Shown in pieces: positions 1 to 8,976 of a stretch of 64,000 nt of DNA (the first letter of the stretch is position 1; the number at the start of each line of letters is the position of its first letter). Source of the DNA: an uncultured Roseburia sp. (GTDB lineage: Bacteria; Bacillota; Clostridia; Lachnospirales; Lachnospiraceae); contig CANPGM010000016.1 in the NCBI GenBank assembly GCA_947573605.1, forward strand, positions 2,205 to 66,204, written 5' to 3'. The position numbers were made by a program, and so were the translations under genes. The notes below the pieces were generated by a model. The model was not told the origin of the DNA, searched no databases, and saw nothing but the letters and a program-made list of their open reading frames with translations.

Positions 1-36
1 TTTTCTATTACTGTCTCCTTTTGAACTTTTATCTAA

Positions 37-936
37 TTAGAGTGTGTTTGCTGTAAGCTGTTTCAAACTATCTCCAATATCCTGATATATACAAATAGAC
101 TGTTTCCTGATTTCTGCCGGAATATAGGCTTCTGATAGATTGATACATACATAAGCAGCATTGGGATTGCTATCTGTCATTTGCCAGAATGGGTATTTGA
201 TAATTCCCGGCGTATTGCCGCCAACGCCCAATTCCAGATATAAAATGTTTAATCCTTTATGACGGCGTATAAAGTCTTGATACCGTTCTGCCGCCGTATG
301 CCAGCCGCTATCTTCAACAAAGGTACTATCTGCCCTTAAATTCATTGACATAGGCGCACCGCATACGGGACAATGGGGGATTAGCCCGGACGGAATACGC
401 ATATTTTCCTGTTCGGCAACCATTTTCTTTATAACGGTTTCATTATCATAAGTCTTATCGTGACAAGGCTCCCCGCATTGCCATAACCCATAATCGCCCT
501 GCGTATAAAACAGTCTGTGTTTCTCAAACCCCGCCTTTTGGAAACAGTGGTCTACATTGGTCGTCAAAACAAAATAGTCTTTGTCCCGTACCAGACTGTA
601 TAAATCGTTATAAACGGATTTCGGTGCATTTTGGTAACGGTTGATAAAAATGTAACGGCTCCAATACGCCCAGTGTTCCTCTAATGTCTTGTATGGGTAA
701 AAGCCTGCGGAATACATATCCTTAAAACCATATTTTTCTATAAAGTCCGCAAAATGATCTTCAAAGCGTTTCCCGGAATAAGTAAATCCGGCAGAAGTAG
801 ACAGTCCTGCACCTGCGCCGATTACAACAGCGTCAGCATTTTCGATTTTCTTTTTCACTTTTTCTATGGAACGCCTTACCTGCGTATTATCCCAATAACT
901 GCTTATAGATTTTGTAGTCGCTGTCTTTGAATACAT
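37..936 (-). CDS. Class M sirtuin (SirTM-like NAD-dependent ADP-ribosyltransferase / Sir2 family)
   Basis: GAGAGLS, TTNVD, QGDY motifs and Zn-ribbon CGEPC...CPVCG; overlaps the 3' end of the macrodomain gene as in SirTM operons. Confidence 0.88.
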   Translation of the reverse strand: MYSKTATTKSISSYWDNTQVRRSIEKVKKKIENADAVVIGAGAGLSTSAGFTYSGKRFEDHFADFIEKYGFKDMYSAGFYPYKTLEEHWAYWSRYIFINRYQNAPKSVYNDLYSLVRDKDYFVLTTNVDHCFQKAGFEKHRLFYTQGDYGLWQCGEPCHDKTYDNETVIKKMVAEQENMRIPSGLIPHCPVCGAPMSMNLRADSTFVEDSGWHTAAERYQDFIRRHKGLNILYLELGVGGNTPGIIKYPFWQMTDSNPNAAYVCINLSEAYIPAEIRKQSICIYQDIGDSLKQLTANTL

Positions 937-1660
937 TAAAAACCACCTCCGGACTGTTTTGGTTTTCCTTTTGATAGTCCTGTACCGTCTGTATTGCTAT
1001 TTCGGCAGCTTTTTCATTGGGAAAATGAAACTCTCCCGTAGAGATACAGCAAAAAGCGACACTTTTCAACTGATAGGCTGCTGCAAGTTCCAGACAGGAA
1101 CGGTAACAGTCTGATAACAGGTTTTGGTCTTTCACGGTAACTGCCCCGTGGATAATCGGACCGACAGTGTGAAGAACGTAACGGCATGGAAGATTATAGG
1201 CTTTTGTGATTTTTGCTTTTCCCGTAGGTTCTTCTTTTTTTTGCTTTTCCATGATACGGGAACATTCCAGACGAAGCTCTACGCCTGCGGCAGAATGGAT
1301 CGCATTGTCTATACACCCGTGACAGGGAACAAAACAGCCCAGCATGGCGCTGTTAGCCGCATTTACGATAGCGTCTACGGACAGACGGGTAATATCGCCC
1401 TGCCATAAATAAATTCCCGGCCCGGCCAGTGGAATATCTGATAAGGAAATAATACCTTTTTCCATACATGCTTCCTGTAAATACGCGTCCTGCACTTCCA
1501 AAAATTCTTTTGAAACCGGTTTTGGGGGCCGAATGTTCATAAAGGAACGTAACAGACGTTTCCTTGCTGTGTCCTGTGCAGGAATATCTATTGATTTTAA
1601 TTCGTTATTTTCATTTTGCAGATAGTTTATCAGAAAAGTAAGCCTTTCTGTCTGTGTCAT
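887..1660 (-). CDS. Zn-dependent macrodomain protein-ADP-ribose hydrolase
   Basis: GDIT, IVNAAN, GCFVPCHGCIDNAIHSAAG (Zn loop), HTVGP, ISTGEF motifs; start moved to ATG 1660 behind AGGAG RBS. Confidence 0.9.
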   Translation of the reverse strand: MTQTERLTFLINYLQNENNELKSIDIPAQDTARKRLLRSFMNIRPPKPVSKEFLEVQDAYLQEACMEKGIISLSDIPLAGPGIYLWQGDITRLSVDAIVNAANSAMLGCFVPCHGCIDNAIHSAAGVELRLECSRIMEKQKKEEPTGKAKITKAYNLPCRYVLHTVGPIIHGAVTVKDQNLLSDCYRSCLELAAAYQLKSVAFCCISTGEFHFPNEKAAEIAIQTVQDYQKENQNSPEVVFNVFKDSDYKIYKQLLG

Positions 1661-1808
1661 AGCGTTCTCCTTTCTACCGCCTGCAAGTGGCATATTTCTT
1701 ACAATTTCTACAATTTCGTCTGCAGATACTTTTCCGCACTCCTGTAAGAAGTCCCCCTGCCTTTGGGGGCAGATGGCGTGGGGATTTGACAAAAAAGGAT
1801 TGACCTGT

Positions 1809-2438
1809 TTATTCTGCTACAACAGAAATTCTCTGCTGAATGTGGCTTCCGTTTAACGCTTCATCAACCATAGCAACCGCATAGTCGGCATAGCTGATTA
1901 CGCTTTCTCCCCTAGAGTTTAAGGTCAGTTCTTCGCCGCCCAAAATGTATTTCCCAGTCTTTGCTCCGTCTGCCTGAAAATCTCCGGCAGGACTGATATA
2001 CGTCCATTTTACATCGGTTCTGGTTCGGAGTTCGTCAAGAGCCTTGCCCATGTTAGAAGCAAGCGGCTTGAACATTTCCGGGAAGTCTGCCCCGTCCATG
2101 AGCTGTACGGTATGCTCCGGGTTTACATACAGGCTGCCTGCGCCGCCCACAACAAGAAGTCTTGTTTCCTTGCCGCTTACAAGGTCGCAAAGATGTTTCA
2201 AAGAAGTGCTGTGCTGCGGCAGGGTTTCCGGCGTCCATGCCCCGAAAGCGTCAACCACGACATCAAAACCCTCCAAATCGGCTGCATTCAAGTCAAACAG
2301 ATCTTTTTGAATGACCTTTTTTGCTGCTGACTGGTTCCCGCCACGGACAACGGCGGTAACGTCTGCCCCTCTTTCGATAGCTTCCTTAACGATTAACTTT
2401 CCCTCTTTACCATTTGCACAAATAACTGCGATTTTCAT
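1809..2438 (-). CDS. NAD(P)-binding oxidoreductase (YwnB/NmrA-like atypical SDR)
   Basis: N-terminal Rossmann MKIAVICANGKEG, LLVVGGAGSL, WTYISP, ISYADYA motifs. Confidence 0.85.
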   Translation of the reverse strand: MKIAVICANGKEGKLIVKEAIERGADVTAVVRGGNQSAAKKVIQKDLFDLNAADLEGFDVVVDAFGAWTPETLPQHSTSLKHLCDLVSGKETRLLVVGGAGSLYVNPEHTVQLMDGADFPEMFKPLASNMGKALDELRTRTDVKWTYISPAGDFQADGAKTGKYILGGEELTLNSRGESVISYADYAVAMVDEALNGSHIQQRISVVAE

Positions 2439-2534
2439 AGTTTTGTCCTCCTGAATTCTATTTTGTTTTTTGCGGCTGGTTTTTTTCGGCTTGCAAGATT
2501 ATAATATAGCCGTAAAGAGAAAACGTAAAGTAAG

Positions 2535-2570
2535 CACTTTAATGTGCCATAGTTACCAAAAAGTAACTAT
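2535..2570. promoter_or_regulatory. Two inverted repeats, probable HxlR operator(s) in the divergent promoter region
   Basis: GCAC-N6-GTGC (2535-2548) and perfect ATAGTTAC-N6-GTAACTAT (2549-2570) between the divergent oxidoreductase and hxlR-family genes. Confidence 0.6.
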
Positions 2571-2591
2571 TGTGAAGAAATGAGGATTTTT

Positions 2592-2912
2592 ATGGATAAA
2601 AATTTACCTGCCTGCCCGGTGGAAACGACGCTGATGCTTATCAGTGACCGTTGGAAAGTATTGATTATCCGTGATTTACTGGACGGTACGAAGCGGTTTG
2701 GGGAATTGAAAAAGTCTATAGGAAATGTATCACAAAAGGTTTTAACGGCAAATTTGCGCTCAATGGAAGATAGCGGGTTACTTACCCGAAAAGTATATCC
2801 AGAAGTGCCGCCGCGGGTAGAATATACTTTAACGGAAACGGGGTACAGCCTAAAACCTATTTTAGACGCTATGGTGGCGTGGGGGACGGAATATAAACAG
2901 AAAAACGGCTGA
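2592..2912 (+). CDS. HxlR-family winged-helix (redox-sensing) transcriptional regulator
   Basis: ACPVETTLMLISDRWKVLII...RFGEL...VYPEVPPRVEYTLT; conserved N-terminal Cys; start ATG 2592. Confidence 0.92.
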   Translation: MDKNLPACPVETTLMLISDRWKVLIIRDLLDGTKRFGELKKSIGNVSQKVLTANLRSMEDSGLLTRKVYPEVPPRVEYTLTETGYSLKPILDAMVAWGTEYKQKNG

Positions 2913-2980
2913 AACGAAAAAACATCGGGAGAATAGCACCGTTTAAACTTGTACTTTCCTTTACCGCACTCTTCCCGATT

Positions 2981-3508
2981 TGCTTCACCGAAACGCTGAA
3001 AATGCACAATTTCACGCTGCCTTAAGAACCGAATCGGATCGCATACCTCCGGGTCCTTTACAAGACGCAGAATATTGTCATAAGTTGTTCTGGCTTTTTG
3101 TTCTGCTGCCATATCCTCAAATAAATCGGTAATCGCATCCCCTTTTGACTGGAACTCGCAGGCGTTAAAAGGAATACCTGCCGCCGCAGTCGGCCAGATC
3201 CCTGCCGTGTGATCTACATAATACGGTGCAAAACCGGCCGCTTCCAATTCCTCTGCGCTAAGTCCCTTTGTAAGCTGTCTTACAATTGCGGCAATCATTT
3301 CAAGATGCGCCAGTTCCTCGGTACCGATATCGGTCAGGATACCCGTCACCTTACGGTACGGCATACTGTACCTCTGTGAAAGATAACGCAGGCTCGCTCC
3401 CATTTCACCGTCCGGGCCGCCGTACTGCGTCATAATAATCTGTGCAATCTTCGCATTCGGTCTCGTGATATTTACGGGATACTCTAATCTCTTTTCATAA
3501 TTCCACAT
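2981..3508 (-). pseudogene. cotJC: CotJC manganese-catalase family protein, C-terminally disrupted (frame reads through to 2567)
   Basis: MWNYEKRLEYP...GGPDGE...TEELAHLE...AAEQKAR...REIVHFQRFGEA, then similarity stops abruptly and the frame continues antisense through hxlR. Confidence 0.7.
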
Positions 3509-3795
3509 TAACAGTTCCCCCCTTCCCAGGGCCACGGCTGCTCTGCCCATTTCCAGCAGTTTGTCGGATTTGCAGTATCAATCGTAAGCGGTCCAAACTG
3601 ATCCGCATACAACTGAAGCGCGTTTCTTCTCAAATCCATATAATAATTAAAATGTCCGATTGCCTCTTCATCCTGCGTATGACTGTCTAAATATAACTGG
3701 GTATCAATGACCTGAAAGCTCACTACATTTATAAAATTCAAAAGCTGCTCCTGGTTCATCTGGCTTAACTGATTCATCTGACACATCATCTGCAA
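3508..3795 (-). CDS. cotJB: Spore coat protein CotJB
   Basis: LYLDSH...YADQFGPLT...WKWAEQPWPWEGG motifs; TAATG overlap with cotJC. Confidence 0.9.
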   Translation of the reverse strand: MQMMCQMNQLSQMNQEQLLNFINVVSFQVIDTQLYLDSHTQDEEAIGHFNYYMDLRRNALQLYADQFGPLTIDTANPTNCWKWAEQPWPWEGGNC

Positions 3796-4043
3796 AATGC
3801 CCTCCTTCCTAAGAATGGCTTATCAAGGTCGGCAAAAATAGTTCCGGCATTTAAACCGCGCTCCGGCTCATAAATATCCTGAAACTTCGACCAGGGAACA
3901 TATGCCATTCCAACAGGAAATTCCTGCCCCTTCAAAAACATGCCATTATCACGACAGGAGGCAGATTCCGCTCTGTCTGTTCTGCATCTATCGGAAAAAT
4001 TGCGATTCTGCATATTACAATTGGAATAATTATAATTCTTCAT
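3786..4043 (-). CDS. cotJA: Spore coat associated protein CotJA
   Basis: PVGMAYVPWSKFQDIYEPERGLNAGTIFADLDKPF signature; first gene of cotJ operon. Confidence 0.88.
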   Translation of the reverse strand: MKNYNYSNCNMQNRNFSDRCRTDRAESASCRDNGMFLKGQEFPVGMAYVPWSKFQDIYEPERGLNAGTIFADLDKPFLGRRAFCR

Positions 4044-4072
4044 TCTCTCCCTTTCACTACCTTACTTCATAT

Positions 4073-4102
4073 TAATTTATGTTCTGTTTTCCGATTTTGT
4101 GC
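4073..4102 (-). promoter_or_regulatory. Possible mother-cell (sigmaK/sigmaE-type) promoter of cotJ
   Basis: Minus strand GCAC-N17-CATAAATTA upstream of cotJA. Confidence 0.35.
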
Positions 4103-4350
4103 ATATATTTACAGGAACTACATTTAATTCTGCTTTTATCGGCCGTTTCTGCAATGCTTTTTTAAATATTTGCCTGTAACTTATTTTTTCCTGTGCCTGA
4201 TGATTTCTGAAAAGAAAAAAGGCAGCTGATTTTCTGTTAAGATAATCGCTACCCAATCGGAAATACTATTTCATTTTTATGTCTTCATGCTGTTTCCCGG
4301 ACAGACCGTTAATCTGTTTTTCGCTTTAACTCTAAGCTCTTTCATAGCTT

Positions 4351-5565
4351 TTACTTGTAGTCGCTATTTATGATATTGTGATATGCAATTGTCATTCTCC
4401 CGTTAATGGTTGAAACTCCGATTACATTTTGGCAATAAGAAACCGCAGGGGGAACAAAAATAATGTTTTTAATTTCATAATTTCCATAATCGGAGGGTAT
4501 GTCAAGCAATGTCAAATTAGTGACACCCAATTCCCTCTTATTTTTCCCATAGTAACTCATGACTTTTGCTGTTTTTTCCGCTAAGCGATTCCTGTAAGAG
4601 TTATATGTATTCAACAGTACGGCGTCTATCAAGGTCATAGGCAGCTCAGCAAGAAATTGCAATACAAATACCCTATTCCGTTTTAACGCCTTTGCTATTC
4701 TTTTATGAACCTGCACCGCATTTTCAGCAAAAGTTTTTCCTGCATCATACTTATAATTAATTCTAATACCAGAAGTCAGATTTGACATCGCCTCGTTTTT
4801 ACTTTGCCGGATGCTAACGGGTATCCCTACTTCACACCGTTTTGGATAGTTTTGTAAAAACTGTGTTACAAGGTAACTATTGACGGAACAGCCTATTTTC
4901 TTTGCGTTGTCTATTATTCTTTGTGTTTCGTCAACAGACAACGTTTCACATTTTATGTCGGATGAAACTGTTTTCCAATATTTATTGTGCAGGTGATAAT
5001 AATCCCGCCATGTAAAAAAACGGTTATTCCATTTCTGCTTACAGTAACGGGCATATAATTTTGCTGTTACAGACAACCCTTTTTGCGGCAGATTTCTTCC
5101 AAGCAAAGTAAGAGGCTTGTATGTAAGTCCAATAGCGGATAACGCATTCATAATATCTTTGACAAAATAGATGATGGATTTACCGTCGCCTGCTAAATGA
5201 TGTGCCATAATCAAAATCTGCGTGTTGTCCTCCGATGGTATGATAAAAACTCTAACTAATTCACCCTGATCAATTGCGAACGGAATTTTTTCATTTTGGC
5301 TCACAATCTCAATCCAATTCTTATTTTCATTCTCAATCGCTATTTTACAGCATGATACAGGTATTTTTTCATAATATGCACAACCATGTTCTAACATGAT
5401 TTTCGACATAGTAGCTTCATTTGCTCCAAACGCCTGTTTTACAGCGGCAGTCAGCTTTTGAGGACAAACTTTTCCTGCCATTTCAACACATACCGCGATA
5501 TAGACATTCGGTTCAAACAGATGCGGGCGTTCCGTTACAATTTCATTCATTTGCATAATCTCCAA
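4351..5565 (-). CDS. Stand-alone condensation-domain / alcohol acyltransferase-like protein
   Basis: HHLAGDG (HHxxxDG) catalytic motif, PVSIR, LGVTNL; no A/PCP domains. Confidence 0.7.
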   Translation of the reverse strand: MEIMQMNEIVTERPHLFEPNVYIAVCVEMAGKVCPQKLTAAVKQAFGANEATMSKIMLEHGCAYYEKIPVSCCKIAIENENKNWIEIVSQNEKIPFAIDQGELVRVFIIPSEDNTQILIMAHHLAGDGKSIIYFVKDIMNALSAIGLTYKPLTLLGRNLPQKGLSVTAKLYARYCKQKWNNRFFTWRDYYHLHNKYWKTVSSDIKCETLSVDETQRIIDNAKKIGCSVNSYLVTQFLQNYPKRCEVGIPVSIRQSKNEAMSNLTSGIRINYKYDAGKTFAENAVQVHKRIAKALKRNRVFVLQFLAELPMTLIDAVLLNTYNSYRNRLAEKTAKVMSYYGKNKRELGVTNLTLLDIPSDYGNYEIKNIIFVPPAVSYCQNVIGVSTINGRMTIAYHNIINSDYK

Positions 5566-5613
5566 TACCGACTTTTCATTCTCTACGGCTGCGTGATAAA
5601 GTTCGAGTTTGAT

Positions 5614-6480
5614 TTATCGCCGCCATTTCCGCAGCCCGCATGATTCGATCGCATGAACCGGACAGGCCTTTTTGCATGCTCCGCATCGAATGCATTCCAA
5701 ATCGTTTGCATTTTTAACCGGATCTGCCTGCATTTTACAAACATCGGCACAGACGCCGCAGCCGATACATTTTTCCTGATCAACCCGATAACGAAAAACA
5801 GAAATTGGGTTAAATACGGAATAAATTGCGCCTAACGGACAGATATATTTGCAAAACGGACGGTATATCACTACAGAAAGAAAAATCGTAACAGCCAACA
5901 GCACATTTTTCCAGGCATAAAGCCATCCGATCGCACTCCGCATGGACTGATTCAGCAGCACAAGAGGAATCCCGCCCTCTAATGTACCGGCAGGACAAAT
6001 AAGCTTACAGAAATAAGGCGCTCCCTGTCCGAGGACATCAACCAGAAACATCGGCAGAAGAATGACAAATACTGCCAAAATTACATATTTCAGCTTCCTC
6101 AGCGCTTTATCGCCCCAAAAGGTCTTTATTTTTTTCGGAAACGGGATTTTATGCAGCAAATCCTGTACCAGTCCGAAGGGACAGAGGAAACCGCAGACAA
6201 ATCTGCCGATTAACGCACCCGTAAACATCAGAAAACCGGCCACATAAAATGCGAATTTGAAATTCCAGCTTCCGATTACTGCCTGCAGCGCTCCTATCGG
6301 ACAAGCTCCCACGGCGCCCGGACAGGAATAGCAGTTCAATCCGGGAACGCAGAGATTTTTCAGCTTCCCTTTGTATATTTTTCCATGAACAAATCCCATG
6401 AAATAACTGTTGGTAAGCAATGCCCAAAGCGCCTGAATGCCGTGACGCTTCCATTCATTTGTTTTTTTCTCTTTATCCAA
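5614..6480 (-). CDS. Membrane 4Fe-4S binding protein (NapH/polyferredoxin-like)
   Basis: CVPGLNCYSCP, CGFLCPFG, CKLICPAG, CKYICPLG plus two C-terminal CxxCxxCxxxC clusters; TTG start 6480 overlapping upstream stop. Confidence 0.85.
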   Translation of the reverse strand: MDKEKKTNEWKRHGIQALWALLTNSYFMGFVHGKIYKGKLKNLCVPGLNCYSCPGAVGACPIGALQAVIGSWNFKFAFYVAGFLMFTGALIGRFVCGFLCPFGLVQDLLHKIPFPKKIKTFWGDKALRKLKYVILAVFVILLPMFLVDVLGQGAPYFCKLICPAGTLEGGIPLVLLNQSMRSAIGWLYAWKNVLLAVTIFLSVVIYRPFCKYICPLGAIYSVFNPISVFRYRVDQEKCIGCGVCADVCKMQADPVKNANDLECIRCGACKKACPVHAIESCGLRKWRR

Positions 6481-6622
6481 TTCCGATACACTCCATACAG
6501 ATATTGATTGCTTTTTCCAATACGACTGACATCTCTCCGCGGTAAATTCCAAAAGCCATCAGCAAAAGTCCTAAGACGGCGGCAATCACTCCGGTACGCG
6601 GAGCGCGGAAGAAGCGGCTCAT
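6473..6622 (-). CDS. Small membrane CxxC peptide (CD1871A-like family)
   Basis: 49 aa, one TM helix, ends KAINICMECIGIG; ATGA overlap with TlpA gene. Confidence 0.8.
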   Translation of the reverse strand: MSRFFRAPRTGVIAAVLGLLLMAFGIYRGEMSVVLEKAINICMECIGIG

Positions 6623-7728
6623 TGTTGTACCCCTTTCAGAATTTCCTCCACAATACTTTTCCATTCCTCTAAAGAATGAGCGCCCGTATAAGTCTCGCCG
6701 ACAATATTTCCTTCCTTATCGACAAAAAACGTCTCCGGGACAGCATTGATTCCCGCAAGCCTTCCGTTTAATAATCCCGTATCCGGAATCAGGAACGGAT
6801 ATGTCGCGCCGGTCCGCTCCGCAAGAAGTTTTGCCTTCTCTACCACTTCTTCATCTACGCTGCCTGATTCGCCGATTGTGTCCAGCACAATTCCGACAAC
6901 ACCCACGCCCTGATCCGCCATTTCATTTTTCAGCATTTCGAGCTCCGGAATCTCTTTGACACATGGTGAACACCACGTTGTAAATATATTTACCAATGTC
7001 AGATCATAATCCGCAAACATTTCCTGCGTATAAGATTCTCCTGTAATATCTTCCATAGAGAACTCTCCCACATTGACCATTGTTGCGGAACCGGACGACT
7101 CTTCCTCATCCAGAGAAGTCATCGGGATCAATTCATAGGAAATACCTGTTATCTCCTCCTGCATCGCATCTTCAACTGCCGGATTTGTACTCAGATAATA
7201 CGAATATGCGCCGTCTTCGCTTTTACCGATTTCCTTATGTTCCGTACACCCCGTCAGCTCGTTAAGCCTGCCTGCCGCATCCGAATCATAAATACCGATT
7301 GCGCCTATCGCTTCCAGACTGTCGGCCCAGTCATAAAAACCGTTACCGCCGTTCTCTACTTCCATATCCCGCTGTTCTTCCGTCATAGATTTCCAGCATA
7401 AAAAGGCTGAGCGAATCGCCGTTTCGTCATCGTTCACTTCCCATAGAGGAAGCATCGCCACTTCCTTTTGATCCATACGCTCCAAAAGACTCTCAGGCAA
7501 AGAAAATCTCAATCCCATAAACGAATATTCGTAAACTTCCTGACTCGGAATCGTAAGATCAGACGGTTTGTACATTTCATGCTCCATTCCGGAGTCCGCC
7601 TCCAGATCCTCTACATCCGTATTGTCTTCAGAAGGGGACTTTTTTTCATTGGCACAACCGTTTAATAAGGTCAGACAGCATAAACCGGACAGAAACAAAG
7701 CGTACCATTTTTTCCTATTTATCTGCAT
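6619..7728 (-). CDS. TlpA-family thioredoxin-fold lipoprotein with long N-terminal extra domain
   Basis: Lipobox LLNGC; TWCSPC active site; AVPETFFVD cis-Pro motif. Confidence 0.85.
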   Translation of the reverse strand: MQINRKKWYALFLSGLCCLTLLNGCANEKKSPSEDNTDVEDLEADSGMEHEMYKPSDLTIPSQEVYEYSFMGLRFSLPESLLERMDQKEVAMLPLWEVNDDETAIRSAFLCWKSMTEEQRDMEVENGGNGFYDWADSLEAIGAIGIYDSDAAGRLNELTGCTEHKEIGKSEDGAYSYYLSTNPAVEDAMQEEITGISYELIPMTSLDEEESSGSATMVNVGEFSMEDITGESYTQEMFADYDLTLVNIFTTWCSPCVKEIPELEMLKNEMADQGVGVVGIVLDTIGESGSVDEEVVEKAKLLAERTGATYPFLIPDTGLLNGRLAGINAVPETFFVDKEGNIVGETYTGAHSLEEWKSIVEEILKGVQQ

Positions 7729-7795
7729 CGTTCTCATTCTCCTTTTCCTGTTTTCACAAATTTTAATCATTCCTGCAATTTTCCATCAATCGGGA

Positions 7796-8965
7796 TTATG
7801 CGCTGGCCAGTTTTTGAATCGACTCAATGATTTCCTGAAACTGCTGACGCATCTCTTCGTCTACCCAGCGCATCATGCCTTCGACATCCTCAATCTGGCT
7901 TTTTGTCAGCTCTGCGCTCTGCTCGATTCTGTCCCGAAGTTTCTGGCGTCGTTCAACAAGCTCGTGCGTCGTTTCCACCATCTCATGATGATTGGCAAGC
8001 GCCTGCGCCTGTGTAATCCATATTCTTGTGTCATACAGCTTACACTTTGAAAGCTGACGCATAAGCCGTTCCGTATAATAACTCAAATCATCATTATTAC
8101 GTTCAAACTTCTCACGCTGCTTAATCGCCTCCAGATAATACTCCCATACGGTATTCAGTTCCGCGGCATTTTCCACATGAAATTTTTCACAGCTATAATC
8201 AATTGCATTCGTAATATTTACATATTTTATTTTTATCTGATTCAACAGAACAATCGCCCGCTTAATACTTGCCTCAGCTTTTTTATATTCCGTTTTGGAA
8301 TTCATCAAACGCAGACTAATCAGGCTGACTCCCGCCACCGCGCAGAAAATAAGAATCGTCCATCCAAGCTGCATGGGAATTTCCAGAATAAACTGTAAAA
8401 TTAGCAGTACCAGCGCGGCGGTAACGGAAAGGCCGATTACAATATATACTGCATTTTTCAGCTTTTTCTGCTCGTGAATCAAATCTTCTTTAAACAGCTG
8501 CCAGCCTTCTTTTTCACGCTCCAGATACTTCATATCTTTATTCAGCGTATCACGGTAGGCTTCGTTTGACTTCAGCCGGTTGATAGCGCTCGGAACATTC
8601 TGCTCCTCCTGCTGCATCTGCATATACTGTACATCCGTAATTTTACGCTCCGTATGAAGAAATTCGTCGCGCGCCTTATTCAGACTCGTGATATTGTAAG
8701 CGATTTCCGTCAGCGCCGCACGCTCATCCTCAGGCAGCTCTTCAATTGCCTGAATATCATTTAAATAAGAAGTTACCACACGATATTCCGCCTTTATATC
8801 GTCAATCTCCCTTGCCGTCTGAAGCGCCTGCTCCAAATGCTCCACAACGTATTGTTCTACCTTCTGCGGGCGTTTTTTATCCCACTCCGTAAGGACATGA
8901 TCATTTAATTCGTCAAACTTTTTTTCCAGAGTTTTTTCTTTTTTTCTTTTTTTAAAAAAATGCAT
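7796..8965 (-). CDS. Uncharacterised coiled-coil protein with two central TM helices
   Basis: 389 aa, helical/charged flanks and hydrophobic AVYIVIGLSVTAALVLLILQF / LGWTILIFCAVAGVSLISL pair. Confidence 0.75.
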   Translation of the reverse strand: MHFFKKRKKEKTLEKKFDELNDHVLTEWDKKRPQKVEQYVVEHLEQALQTAREIDDIKAEYRVVTSYLNDIQAIEELPEDERAALTEIAYNITSLNKARDEFLHTERKITDVQYMQMQQEEQNVPSAINRLKSNEAYRDTLNKDMKYLEREKEGWQLFKEDLIHEQKKLKNAVYIVIGLSVTAALVLLILQFILEIPMQLGWTILIFCAVAGVSLISLRLMNSKTEYKKAEASIKRAIVLLNQIKIKYVNITNAIDYSCEKFHVENAAELNTVWEYYLEAIKQREKFERNNDDLSYYTERLMRQLSKCKLYDTRIWITQAQALANHHEMVETTHELVERRQKLRDRIEQSAELTKSQIEDVEGMMRWVDEEMRQQFQEIIESIQKLASA

Positions 8966-8976
8966 GCTCTTTACCC

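Noticed and set aside
1661-1792. 44-aa N-terminal extension of the macrodomain in the ORF track
   Set aside because: A strong RBS precedes ATG 1660 and the family N-terminus starts there; the extension has no recognisable motif.
5614-7728. Selenocysteine recoding in the redox module
   Set aside because: No in-frame TGA at the CxxC positions; all motifs use Cys.
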